A stretch of DNA of 64,000 bases. Source: an uncultured bacterium. Lineage in GTDB: Bacteria; SAR324; NAC60-12. The stretch covers positions 678 through 64,677 of the forward strand of contig CAXGMD010000007.1 of NCBI GenBank assembly GCA_964010765.1, in the 5' to 3' direction. The position numbers and the translations under genes are program-made. Below the pieces are notes generated by a model that was given only the letters and a program-made list of their open reading frames with translations, had not been told where the DNA came from and searched no databases. Below, piece after piece: positions 30,163 to 39,606 of the stretch. Position 1 is the stretch's first letter. Each line of letters starts with the position of its first letter.

Positions 30163-31410
30163 TCAGGCAGCTTTGGGGATCTCAAGAAGTTGAAGCATGT
30201 TCATCGCACTCACGACTCCATCTTCATGAAAACCATTTCTCCAGTAGGCCCCGCAAAAATGTGTTCTGTTTAGACCACTGATTTCGCTATGACGCTGCTG
30301 GGCTTTTACGCTACCTTCATTGTAGACAGGGTGTTCATAATCAATTTTGCTAAGAATCTTTTCCGGTTTAATCCGTTCTGTCCTGTTTAGGGTAACCAAC
30401 AGGTGGGTAGGTGTCGGAATGTGTTGGAGGATATTCATGTTGTATGTCACCGCTACCGTATCCTGCTGGGTATGATCTAGATGATAGTTCCAACTAGCCC
30501 AAGCTCTTTTGCGATTGGGTAAAAGCGAAATATCCTGATGCAACACAGCTTCATTTCTTTGATATGGAATTGATCCAAGAATTTCTGTTTCCTCTTTGGT
30601 GGCGTCCTTAAGCAGACTAAGAGCCTGATCAGAATGACAGGCAAGGACTACTTCATCAAAGCGCTCTTTGCCAACTGCAGAAAAAATCTCAACAAAATTT
30701 GGTTTTCTACGAATCTCCATCACTGGGGAGTTGAACCGAACGTTGTCAATAAATGAAGAACTCAACTTCTTGACATATTCCTGAGAACCCCCTGGTATCG
30801 TATACCATTGAGGTCGATTTACTACGTTTAGAAGCCCATGATTTTCAAAAAATCTTGCAAAGTATTTGATGGGAAAATCCAACATTTGTTCGGTACTCGA
30901 CGACCAAATCGCTGCACCCATTGGGATGATGTAATGATCACAGAATAAATCGCCATATCTCCTCTCCTTGAGAAAGTCTCCGAGGGTAAGATCATCTTGA
31001 TCGCTCTCCAACAGTTCCTTTGCCTCTTTGTTGAAGCGGATAATATCCCTGAGCATCACCCAAAACGCAGGCCTCACAAGATTTCTCCTCTGTGCAAAAA
31101 GAGTATTTAGTGTGTGCCCGTTATACTCCAAATCCCTCTGCTCGTCTTTGACACTGAAACTCATTTCAGTAGCTTTACCCTCTATTCCAATCTCTTTCAT
31201 CAATGAAATAAAATTGGGGTAAGTCCAGTCATTAAATACAATGAATCCCGTATCAACAGGAATTTTGCCTTCAGGTAGATCTACTGTAACAGTATTGGAA
31301 TGTCCACCTAGTCTGGGAGAAGCTTCAAAAAGAGTGATTTGATGATGAGGATGCAGACGGTAGGCAGCTGTTAGTCCGGCTATTCCCGAACCAATGATAG
31401 CAATTTTCAT
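30163..31410 (-). CDS. FAD-dependent oxidoreductase (amine oxidase-like, cfa-associated)
   Basis: MKIAIIGSGIAGL, RLGGHSNT, VDTGFIVFN..TYPNF, AWASWNY, GAYW.NGFHEDG; start 31410 after an AAAGGA RBS. Confidence 0.9.
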   Translation of the reverse strand: MKIAIIGSGIAGLTAAYRLHPHHQITLFEASPRLGGHSNTVTVDLPEGKIPVDTGFIVFNDWTYPNFISLMKEIGIEGKATEMSFSVKDEQRDLEYNGHTLNTLFAQRRNLVRPAFWVMLRDIIRFNKEAKELLESDQDDLTLGDFLKERRYGDLFCDHYIIPMGAAIWSSSTEQMLDFPIKYFARFFENHGLLNVVNRPQWYTIPGGSQEYVKKLSSSFIDNVRFNSPVMEIRRKPNFVEIFSAVGKERFDEVVLACHSDQALSLLKDATKEETEILGSIPYQRNEAVLHQDISLLPNRKRAWASWNYHLDHTQQDTVAVTYNMNILQHIPTPTHLLVTLNRTERIKPEKILSKIDYEHPVYNEGSVKAQQRHSEISGLNRTHFCGAYWRNGFHEDGVVSAMNMLQLLEIPKAA

Positions 31411-31638
31411 GGCTTCCTTTGATGCTATACGGCAAAGATGAGACGATGGTGACCGTAAATTTTTCGAACTGACAGTCCAGACTACAGCAATACCCAAAAC
31501 ATCCAGCCCCAAGGGTCAAAAAGCCTACTCGGGCAGGTGACTTTCTTATTTTTATACCTTTCAATTTTAGAAATGTGAGAAAAGTACAACTTAATTGGGA
31601 ATCAAGGCAAAATTTGTAATAATACTTTTATAAAAGAT

Positions 31639-32577
31639 TCAAGAAAATGATGATGCCAAGGGTATTCGGGCTGTAGCAACCAACTGTTTCAGCATTTGTT
31701 CCACACTTCGCTTTCCGACAAACCCATCAGCACCCAATTCCCTGACAGCTTTCCGACTTTGGTCATTCGTCATAGAACTGAAGACTAAAATCGGAATGTG
31801 CTTGGTTCTAGAATCAGACTTCAATTGTCTGATGACCTCATGTCCAGAGATGATGGGCATCTCAATGTCCGTAATTATCAATGGTATCAGTGAGAGGTCT
31901 GAAATTCCTTGGACATACTCCAGGAGAGGACCCCCATGCTCAAAAAACTTGAAAGAGAGATTCAACTTCTCGAAGAAATTTTTGAGATACAACTGGGCGG
32001 AGCTACTGTCCTCAGCAACAAGAATTGTCCCGTTTTTTAGAGATTCTGGAATTTCGACATTTTTGAAAGGTAAATTTTGAACATCTTCTTGGATCTCTGA
32101 AAATTCATGAGGCAAAACTTCTGTGAGTAAATATTCCACATCCAGAATGAGACAGACTGAAGACCCATCATCAAGGAGGGTGTAATTGAGATTTCGGTCA
32201 ACAGGCATGTACTCATGAAATGTTAAAGGAAGGACATCCTGCCAATCTCTCGTGATAATTTGGTGGATACCTCCAACTCTTAACGCAATTTGAATGTTAT
32301 TGAAATTGCAGAAGATGATCGAAGAATTCCTCTCCTCTTGCTCACTCAAATCAGTTCTAAGCCAACGTGGAAGATTGACTAGCGGTACTGGTTGATTCCT
32401 GATGTAGACAATTCCCTCAATATAATCGTTAGCCCTTGGAACCTCACTAATTGTGAAATGCTTTGCTCGCTGAATTTCAAAAGTCTTAAAAACATTAATC
32501 CCATAAAAAGGCTGCTCTTCGTTAATTCGGAAGACGATCAGCTTTAAAGCGTTTGCTGCGGGAGAATTTTCATTCAT
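31639..32577 (-). CDS. cheV: Chemotaxis coupling protein CheV (CheW + receiver domain)
   Basis: YGINVFK CheW domain; receiver AEDS, IITDIEMP (phospho-Asp), FSS, FVGK; start moved to 32577 to avoid overlap. Confidence 0.85.
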   Translation of the reverse strand: MNENSPAANALKLIVFRINEEQPFYGINVFKTFEIQRAKHFTISEVPRANDYIEGIVYIRNQPVPLVNLPRWLRTDLSEQEERNSSIIFCNFNNIQIALRVGGIHQIITRDWQDVLPLTFHEYMPVDRNLNYTLLDDGSSVCLILDVEYLLTEVLPHEFSEIQEDVQNLPFKNVEIPESLKNGTILVAEDSSSAQLYLKNFFEKLNLSFKFFEHGGPLLEYVQGISDLSLIPLIITDIEMPIISGHEVIRQLKSDSRTKHIPILVFSSMTNDQSRKAVRELGADGFVGKRSVEQMLKQLVATARIPLASSFS

Positions 32578-32608
32578 TAGATTGTATAACGTGGATCTTT
32601 CGAAGGCA

Positions 32609-33427
32609 TTAAGACCAAAGTCGCCAAAGAGTTCGCATCGCAACGACCAACAGAAATATCCCGAAGACCTGTTTCAACTTCTTGGTATTTAACCGATGGG
32701 AAATTGCTGCACCGAGTGGAGCTAAGATTACCGTCATCAAACATATGCAAAGGGCAGCGAGCCAGTGAATGAAGCCGAAAGAGAATTCAGGCAAGTCCGG
32801 ATTTTCCCAACCTGAGACAATGAATCCAATGGTTCCGGGAAGGGCAATCACAAAACCCATACTAGCTGAAGTTCCAACCGCTTGATGCATCTTGATGCCC
32901 ATCATGTTCATCAGTGGAACGTTCATGGCTCCTCCTCCAATCCCAACCATTGCCGAGATAATCCCTGTAAGTCCTGTAAGATTTCCAATCAAAAATCTAT
33001 TCGGTTCGTGGTCAATCTCATTGGATTTGCTGGGAATCATCATCCTGACGGAAACAACGATGGCCATAAATCCAAAGATCATCACTAGCACCCCTGCGCT
33101 GAGACTACCTGCTACTAACCCTCCAAATCCAGCTCCCAGAGACGTTGGGATGATCGAATACTTGAGGAGTTGATGATCAACAGAACCCCTTTTAAAATGG
33201 GCTTTTGCTGAGGAAAGCGAGGTGGCAATGATTGTTGCGAGCGAGGTTCCAATAGCTAGATGGGGAATAACGACCTCAGATACTTGCATCAGGTCGAATA
33301 CAAAGACCAGGGGAGGCACCAGAATGATTCCCCCTCCAATCCCCAACATGCCAGCCATGATCCCAGCCAACGAGCCTGCCAGCAGCAGAATCAGGATTGA
33401 TTCTGCTAATTCCCAAGACAATTCCAT
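32609..33427 (-). CDS. TauE/SafE (TSUP) family membrane transporter
   Basis: Duplicated GIGGG motifs (AGMLGIGGG; SAMVGIGGG), AIGTS/AVGTS, about 8 TM segments. Confidence 0.88.
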   Translation of the reverse strand: MELSWELAESILILLLAGSLAGIMAGMLGIGGGIILVPPLVFVFDLMQVSEVVIPHLAIGTSLATIIATSLSSAKAHFKRGSVDHQLLKYSIIPTSLGAGFGGLVAGSLSAGVLVMIFGFMAIVVSVRMMIPSKSNEIDHEPNRFLIGNLTGLTGIISAMVGIGGGAMNVPLMNMMGIKMHQAVGTSASMGFVIALPGTIGFIVSGWENPDLPEFSFGFIHWLAALCICLMTVILAPLGAAISHRLNTKKLKQVFGIFLLVVAMRTLWRLWS

Positions 33428-33433
33428 TTGTTC

Positions 33434-34423
33434 TCAAAAACGATAGGTAAATCCAAACAAAGGCTGGTAGTTATTAACCCGAAGTGTTTTTGCAGTTTCC
33501 CCATCGGCTCGTTCAACAAAGGTGGCATCTCGATAATTTTTATAACTGATCAGAGAATTCCACCACGAGTGAATGGCTATGGCCTCTGTCAAATTAAAAT
33601 CCCCCTGAGCAGGATGATATACCGTACCTAGGTAAAGTCCGGCCAAGAAAGCTGCTCCGGGATTGGCACTGAATCCTGACCCATCGTGGGCAACAGCGAA
33701 TAGACTGCTAGCCACAAAGATACTTGTCCATCGTGCGGCACCTTTACTAAAACTACGATTTAGACCTCTGTAGATTGATCGCTGGATGAATCCCCGAAAA
33801 AACATTTCCTCCCCAGCCCCTGTCAATTGACTATTGATGAAGTCAATCCTTTGCATCTGTTCTCGTGTCAGTTCTGCATCAACATGATAGGTCAGATTAG
33901 ATGCGCCAGGGGTCGCTAATTGGATTCCAGTTGGAATCCAGAAGGTATATGAATCTCCAAATTTCCAGAACTGAAATGGTGAGAAAATTTCCCAGTAGGT
34001 GTCTGTGTTGTCTTTACATCCGCCATCGTAGAAATCATAGAAAGTGATCAGGCTAATGTTGGTGTACAGTCTCAAATAGGCCATTGTGTAATAGGTTTCT
34101 TTACTCAAATAAATGTCAGTGACATCCTCTCCGTCCTCATTCTTTGTCTCTTTGTAAACTTCATCAGGATATGCTTGGAGATTTTCACTATCTGAATATT
34201 GCATGTAGCCATTGATGGCCCACCACCGTAATCCACCAAAAATAAGCGCTTTGTCGTAGTCATCATTTATTGCGTAACCTAATCCGGGGACCAGCCATTC
34301 AGCCAGAGCAGTCCCTGCGCATTTCAGATCAGCACGGGCTTGAAAGGGAACCATCATCAAGGCAAGCCCAAGAAAACAGATCACAACTGCTGAATTTAGC
34401 TTGATGCGAAGAACTTGACCCAT
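33434..34423 (-). CDS. Secreted/membrane protein with CPBP (CAAX/Abi) metalloprotease motifs
   Basis: Signal peptide; [12 protein letters not shown] and HSWWN motifs. Confidence 0.7.
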   Translation of the reverse strand: MGQVLRIKLNSAVVICFLGLALMMVPFQARADLKCAGTALAEWLVPGLGYAINDDYDKALIFGGLRWWAINGYMQYSDSENLQAYPDEVYKETKNEDGEDVTDIYLSKETYYTMAYLRLYTNISLITFYDFYDGGCKDNTDTYWEIFSPFQFWKFGDSYTFWIPTGIQLATPGASNLTYHVDAELTREQMQRIDFINSQLTGAGEEMFFRGFIQRSIYRGLNRSFSKGAARWTSIFVASSLFAVAHDGSGFSANPGAAFLAGLYLGTVYHPAQGDFNLTEAIAIHSWWNSLISYKNYRDATFVERADGETAKTLRVNNYQPLFGFTYRF

Positions 34424-34478
34424 TCAACTTACTCACTATCGTAATTCAAATTTTTCTTTCCAATCTTGGAGAACAAGC

Positions 34479-34964
34479 ATGTCAGAACAAATGTACCCTG
34501 TAACGAAGCAGGGACATGAACAACTCAAAACGGAGTTGAAGCATCTGATGTCTGTTGTACGACCTGAAGTCGTTCAGGCAATCGCAGACGCCAGAGAGCA
34601 CGGGGACTTAAAAGAAAACGCGGAATATCATGCGGCCAAGGAGCGCCAGGGATTCGTGGAGGGTCGTATTCAGGAACTCAATGGCAAGCTAGCCCAATGC
34701 AATGTCATTGACATAAGTCGTCTCAGCGGAGAAAAAGTCATCTTCGGTGCTACAGTCACTTATGTCGATATTGAAACAGACGAGGAAAAAACTTACCAGA
34801 TTGTCGGTGAAGATGAGGCCGATCTCGAGAAAGGTAAAATTTCTTACAACTCCCCAATTGCGCGAGCCTTGATTGGGAAGACGGTCGGGGATTCTCTGAT
34901 CATTCCGATTCCAAAAGGCAAAGTTGAAGTGGAGATTACAGATTTAGAATTCGTGGTCAAATAA
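34479..34964 (+). CDS. greA: Transcription elongation factor GreA
   Basis: [40 protein letters not shown]. Confidence 0.97.
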   Translation: MSEQMYPVTKQGHEQLKTELKHLMSVVRPEVVQAIADAREHGDLKENAEYHAAKERQGFVEGRIQELNGKLAQCNVIDISRLSGEKVIFGATVTYVDIETDEEKTYQIVGEDEADLEKGKISYNSPIARALIGKTVGDSLIIPIPKGKVEVEITDLEFVVK

Positions 34965-34971
34965 CTTCCAT

Positions 34972-35718
34972 ATGGCAGTTCGGCAAAGGCTGGATTTGTT
35001 GCTTGTTGAACGTCAACTGGCTCCAAGCCGTGAGCGAGCTCAGTCTTTGATTCTGGCAGGCAAGGTTCTGGTCAATACAGAACGAGTGGATAAACCCGGC
35101 AAGAGCGTTAACCAGGACTCAGAATTGGTGGTTCAAGCTAAGGATCATCCATATGTTAGTCGAGGTGGCGTCAAGCTCGCTGGGGCGATTCGGGAGTTCC
35201 AAATTGAAGTCCTTGATCGGATAGCTTTGGATGTGGGGGCATCGACAGGAGGATTCACAGATTGCTTACTGCAGTTCGGAGCTCAGAAAGTCTACGCGGT
35301 GGACGTCGGATATGGCCAACTAGCTTGGAAACTTCGACAGGATCCTAGAGTAATTAACTTGGAACGTACAAATATCCGATATCTGGAACCAGTTAACTTA
35401 GCAGATCCAATTCAATTAGTTGTGGTAGATGCCTCCTTCATTTCTCTCCGATTGATACTGCCAAAACTTTATGAACTGATGACTGCAGGCTCACAGCTTT
35501 TAGCTCTTGTCAAACCTCAGTTTGAAGCAGGTAGAAAAGAGGTTGGCAAGGGGGGGAGAGTCAAAGAAGAAGCCGTTCATGCCAGAGTGCTTCATGAAAT
35601 CATTGAGGCTGCAACTTCGCTGGGTTTCAAAATGCTTGGCAGTTGTGAGTCCAGTATTCAGGGAAAGAAGAGTCAAAATACTGAATATTTTGTTCATGTT
35701 GAGAAATCTTCAAAATGA
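34972..35718 (+). CDS. tlyA: TlyA family rRNA (cytidine-2'-O)-methyltransferase
   Basis: S4 domain RLDLLL, YVSRGGVKL, LDVGASTGGFTD, DASFISL, LVKPQFE. Confidence 0.93.
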   Translation: MAVRQRLDLLLVERQLAPSRERAQSLILAGKVLVNTERVDKPGKSVNQDSELVVQAKDHPYVSRGGVKLAGAIREFQIEVLDRIALDVGASTGGFTDCLLQFGAQKVYAVDVGYGQLAWKLRQDPRVINLERTNIRYLEPVNLADPIQLVVVDASFISLRLILPKLYELMTAGSQLLALVKPQFEAGRKEVGKGGRVKEEAVHARVLHEIIEAATSLGFKMLGSCESSIQGKKSQNTEYFVHVEKSSK

Positions 35719-36542
35719 GTGAGCAAAAATCTCAGCGTTTTCTTCCGATTGATCGCATCAAGCCGAATCCTCACCAACCTCGCCAATACTTCGACCCCAA
35801 AGCTCTGCAAGAACTCAGTCAGTCCATAAAACAACAGGGAGTCCTACAACCCCTGATCGTAAGAAATCATCCAATCTTAGAAGGCTACTTTGAACTGGTA
35901 GCTGGTGAAAGACGCTGGAGAGCGCTGCAACTGGCAGGAGAGACTCAAGCACCGGTCATTATCAAAAAGTTAGGTGATACCGAAGCCCTAGAGGTTGCTC
36001 TCCTTGAAAATATCCAGAGAGAAGACCTAACCCCCATTGAAGAAGGTCAATGTTACCATGAATTGATGCAGCTTCATGGATTAACTCAGGAGGAATTGGC
36101 TACGAAGCTTGGCAAAGACAGGTCTACTATCGCGAATATGGTTCGCTTGCTGGCCTTGCCGAAAGCAATTCAACAAGATTTGGAAATGGGTCGCTTGAGT
36201 GCAGGACACGCTCGAGCACTTCTAAGCCTTTCAGAGCATTCAGAGCAACTGAAGTTACGGGAAAGAATACTCCTTAATAACTGGTCTGTTCGTGAAACGG
36301 AGAAACAGGTTAAGCTTATTTTGGGGGTGCGAGAGAGCAGAGCTAGCCCGACCTCAGCGAAAATTGGAATCGATGATGATTTGAATACAGAATTGCGTTC
36401 GATTGAAGCCGAATTGCAGCGTTACCTCGGTACTAAAATGCGGATAGAACTCAAGCCCCCCTTTCAAGGAGAAATTAGGCTGAGCTATTTCTCTGCGGAA
36501 GAACTGGATCGCCTTCTGGCTTTATTAAGAAGTGCCCGCTGA
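35715..36542 (+). CDS. parB: ParB/Spo0J chromosome partitioning protein
   Basis: PNPHQPR, GVLQPLIVR, AGERRWRA (CTP-binding arginine patch), ENIQREDL, HTH, LSAGHARALL. Confidence 0.92.
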   Translation: MSEQKSQRFLPIDRIKPNPHQPRQYFDPKALQELSQSIKQQGVLQPLIVRNHPILEGYFELVAGERRWRALQLAGETQAPVIIKKLGDTEALEVALLENIQREDLTPIEEGQCYHELMQLHGLTQEELATKLGKDRSTIANMVRLLALPKAIQQDLEMGRLSAGHARALLSLSEHSEQLKLRERILLNNWSVRETEKQVKLILGVRESRASPTSAKIGIDDDLNTELRSIEAELQRYLGTKMRIELKPPFQGEIRLSYFSAEELDRLLALLRSAR

Positions 36543-36543
36543 A

Positions 36544-38376
36544 TCATGAAAATGTTTCTGACTCTTTTCGTTCCTCGTGGAGTTCGGTTTTATTAGGAAT
36601 AGTAGTCGGAAGTCTTAGTACGAATCTACTGCCCATATTCAGATTGCTTTCGACGCTTACCGTCCCTCCATGGGACTGAACAATGTGTTTGACGATTGCC
36701 AATCCCAGCCCAGTGCCTCCTAATTTTCTGCTTCGAGCTGCATCTATTCGATAGAATCTTTCAAAAATTCGATCCAAATGCCGGGCATCAATGCCAGAGC
36801 CCTGATCCTTGATTTCAATGATCACCTCGCTTTTCTCAAGTGTTGCTAGGATTTCGACGTGTCGCTTTTCAGGGCTGTACTTGATTGCGTTATCAATCAA
36901 GTTAACAAGCGCCTGTTCTAAAAGTGGGGCATTCATCCTCATCTGGATGCTTTCTGAACATTGCCACACCAAGCTGATTTCCTTTTCTTGCGCTTTCAAT
37001 TCGCAGATCCCTACTGCATGACGAATCACAAGCTGTAGAGTTCCCTCTTCAGCTTGTATTCCTCCTTCGTCACGGTACTCCAGTTGGGAAAGAAGCAGGA
37101 GATCGCTGATTAGACTGTCAAGCCGATCTGAATGGCGAGAAATAATCCCCAGGAAGCGATCAGCCACCTCTCTTTGTTCGATAGCACCATCAATCAGGGT
37201 TTCAACAGCACCTTTGATGGATGTGATTGGTGTCTTCAACTCATGAGACACGTTGGCTACAAAGTCCCTGCGGATGGTTTCAACCAACTTTATGCGGGTG
37301 ATGTCATGCAGCACAATCAAGGCGCCAATTTGATCCCCACTCGATTTCCGAAGAGGCGTGATTCTAACCTGAAAGTGTTTAATGTTTTCTTCGCTATCAT
37401 TTAATTGAAAATCTTTTTCAAGAGGTTGTTGAGTTGTCAGCGCCTCATGTACGGAGTGGCTGAGTTGAAAGTTTCTGATCAGAAGCTGCAGATCTTGGCC
37501 AATGACTTTTTCTGGATTCAACCGAAATAATTGCGCTGCAGCTCTGTTGATGCTTAAAACCTGGTGATACTTATCAACGGCCAGAAAGCCTTCTTCCATG
37601 CTCGAAAGAATGGTCTCCCGTTCAGATCGCTGATTTTCCAAGTTTTCAAAACGTTGGTTAAGCACTGCTGCCATCTCATTGAGTTGCTGGATTAGCTCTC
37701 CAATTTCTGAATCATCAGGAACATTCAGTTTTTTTCTGAGTTCTCCTCTAGCAAAGCGTGCTGCGCCCCTTCTCAATTCATTTAAAGATTTTCGGTAACC
37801 GTCAGCGATCAATAAACTGATAGTCATCGTTGCAGCGACCAGCAGCAACATTGCCAGCAACATCTTGAAGAAAAGTCCTTCAGCTTGAGGCGTTTTGGTC
37901 GGAATTTCCAAAGACACCCTCAGAATCAAATCATTCCCAAATTTGTTTGGTACTCTGCGCGCAAACCACAAAGCCGTCGTATTGAAAGCCGGATTAAACC
38001 TCTTTGTTACTTTGGGTTGATTATTTATGGCTGCCTCGATTTCTGGGAGGCTGGACCGGTTTCCTTTCGGAGGGTTGAGGCTGGAGGAGTCGCTCAGTAA
38101 CAAGCCAGTTTTGGGATCTATAATAGAAATATGAATCCGAGTTTTTTTAGCAAACACCTGAAAAACCTCAGAGGAAGATCCACTTTCAACTAATTCTACA
38201 AGCAGTTGAGGTTGAATGGCCAATAGTTCAAATCGGCCAATTAAATCTTCTTCAACAGTCTGTTCTACATATTTTTCTAGTGAATATTCAATCCACCAAC
38301 TGAAGGCCAGAAGACCCCCAGAAAGAACAATGACAAAGGGGGCAAGAAATTTTTGCAGAAGCGAATTAGCAGGCAT
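36544..38376 (-). CDS. phoR: PhoR-like sensor histidine kinase (2TM-HAMP-PAS-HisKA-HATPase)
   Basis: RRDFVANVSHELKTP, NLIDNAIKYS, IFERFYRID.ARSR..GGTGLGLAIVKH; follows a phoB-like gene. Confidence 0.82.
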   Translation of the reverse strand: MPANSLLQKFLAPFVIVLSGGLLAFSWWIEYSLEKYVEQTVEEDLIGRFELLAIQPQLLVELVESGSSSEVFQVFAKKTRIHISIIDPKTGLLLSDSSSLNPPKGNRSSLPEIEAAINNQPKVTKRFNPAFNTTALWFARRVPNKFGNDLILRVSLEIPTKTPQAEGLFFKMLLAMLLLVAATMTISLLIADGYRKSLNELRRGAARFARGELRKKLNVPDDSEIGELIQQLNEMAAVLNQRFENLENQRSERETILSSMEEGFLAVDKYHQVLSINRAAAQLFRLNPEKVIGQDLQLLIRNFQLSHSVHEALTTQQPLEKDFQLNDSEENIKHFQVRITPLRKSSGDQIGALIVLHDITRIKLVETIRRDFVANVSHELKTPITSIKGAVETLIDGAIEQREVADRFLGIISRHSDRLDSLISDLLLLSQLEYRDEGGIQAEEGTLQLVIRHAVGICELKAQEKEISLVWQCSESIQMRMNAPLLEQALVNLIDNAIKYSPEKRHVEILATLEKSEVIIEIKDQGSGIDARHLDRIFERFYRIDAARSRKLGGTGLGLAIVKHIVQSHGGTVSVESNLNMGSRFVLRLPTTIPNKTELHEERKESETFS

Positions 38377-38377
38377 C

Positions 38378-39070
38378 TCAATCTTGGCCTTGGAAGCGAT
38401 AACCAATCCCGCGGACAGTCTCGATCAGGTTTCCAGATTCATTTAACTTTTTACGTAGCCCTACAATCTGCACATCGATTGCTCGATCGGTGACGATATA
38501 ATTCTCACCATGCGTTGCATCGATGATCTGGTCACGAGTGTAAACCCAGCCAGGATGACGGGCGAGGAAATGAAGGATTCTGAACTCAGTTGGGGTCAGC
38601 GAGATAGGTTGGCCCTCAACCAAAGCCAGATGTCTTCCCGGATGAATTTCAAGGGAACCACATTTCAAGGATGAACCCTCCTCTGGAATAGACTTTTTAT
38701 TCCTGCGAAGGACATTTTGGATTCGTGCCAGCAGAACACGTGGACTGAATGGCTTCACCACATAGTCTTCAGCACCCATCTCCAAGCCTGCAACAATATC
38801 TGCTTCACTACTCTTAGCGGTGAGCATCACAATTGGAATACTTTTGGTGGCCTCATCCTTTTTGAGTATCTTGCAAAGGTCCAAGCCATTAATTCCAGGT
38901 AGCATCAGATCCAAAAGGATCAAATCGGGCGTTTCCTCCCGAATTAGGTTACGCGCAGTCTCACCATTAGGAGCCTCCAACGTCTGAAAGCCTGCCTTAT
39001 GGAGATTATATTTTAGAACATCAAGAATATCTTCCTCATCTTCAACAATTAGAATTTGTGTATCTTCCAT
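38378..39070 (-). CDS. phoB: PhoB/OmpR-family response regulator
   Basis: IVEDE, LLDLMLPG, MLTAK, KPFSPR, winged helix DRAIDVQIVGLRKKL...IETVRGIGY. Confidence 0.82.
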   Translation of the reverse strand: MEDTQILIVEDEEDILDVLKYNLHKAGFQTLEAPNGETARNLIREETPDLILLDLMLPGINGLDLCKILKKDEATKSIPIVMLTAKSSEADIVAGLEMGAEDYVVKPFSPRVLLARIQNVLRRNKKSIPEEGSSLKCGSLEIHPGRHLALVEGQPISLTPTEFRILHFLARHPGWVYTRDQIIDATHGENYIVTDRAIDVQIVGLRKKLNESGNLIETVRGIGYRFQGQD

Positions 39071-39396
39071 TGATTACTCGGTAATAATGATGACTCAGAA
39101 ATGTGCAGTTTGAATTGGTTGCCGTTCACTCTACCGGACAAGCACGCTGCTTCTTCCAAAAGCAGACAAATTAAGGACTGAGTTTCGAAAAATTCCCGGC
39201 AACTGTCTTTTGGCTTAGTTTGTTGGCCAATAAGACTAACTAAACTCAACAATCGAAAAAAATTCTCAGAAAAAAAACATAGTAAATGTGATTTATTGGG
39301 TTTTGATTAAGAAATTACTAATTTTCTTTTTGGAATTTTCATTTTGGAGAATTAAATTTTTTCTCAAAGTTGAATTTTTTTACGAAATAGAAATAC

Positions 39397-39417
39397 TAGA
39401 ATATCCTTGTCAGACAA
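39397..39417 (+). promoter_or_regulatory. -10-like hexamer followed by a perfect palindromic operator upstream of the Liv-type ABC operon
   Basis: TAGAAT (39397-39402), then TTGTCAGACAA (39407-39417); no well-spaced -35 seen. Confidence 0.45.
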
Positions 39418-39606
39418 ATTTGTGAGAAAGGATGATTTAGTGTTCTCATTTTTTCGAATATTTGAATAGTCTGAATCTTTAAATACCCTGGCAAGTCCAT
39501 GGAAAAATGGAGATTTTCAGGAACAATATGTCAGGAACTGGTCTTCACGGACCGTATTTATCACCTCGTTAAGAAGTCATGATTCTCAGTAATCGTCAAT
39601 AGAACT

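Noticed and set aside
36286-36299. parS-like TGTTCGTGAAAC inside parB
   Set aside because: Only a half match to the 16-bp parS palindrome, and explained by coding sequence.
39071-39606. Pho box or sigma54 promoter in the phoB/SBP intergenic region
   Set aside because: No 11-bp-spaced CTGTCA repeats seen; TGGCAAG at about 39489 lacks the GC at -12.
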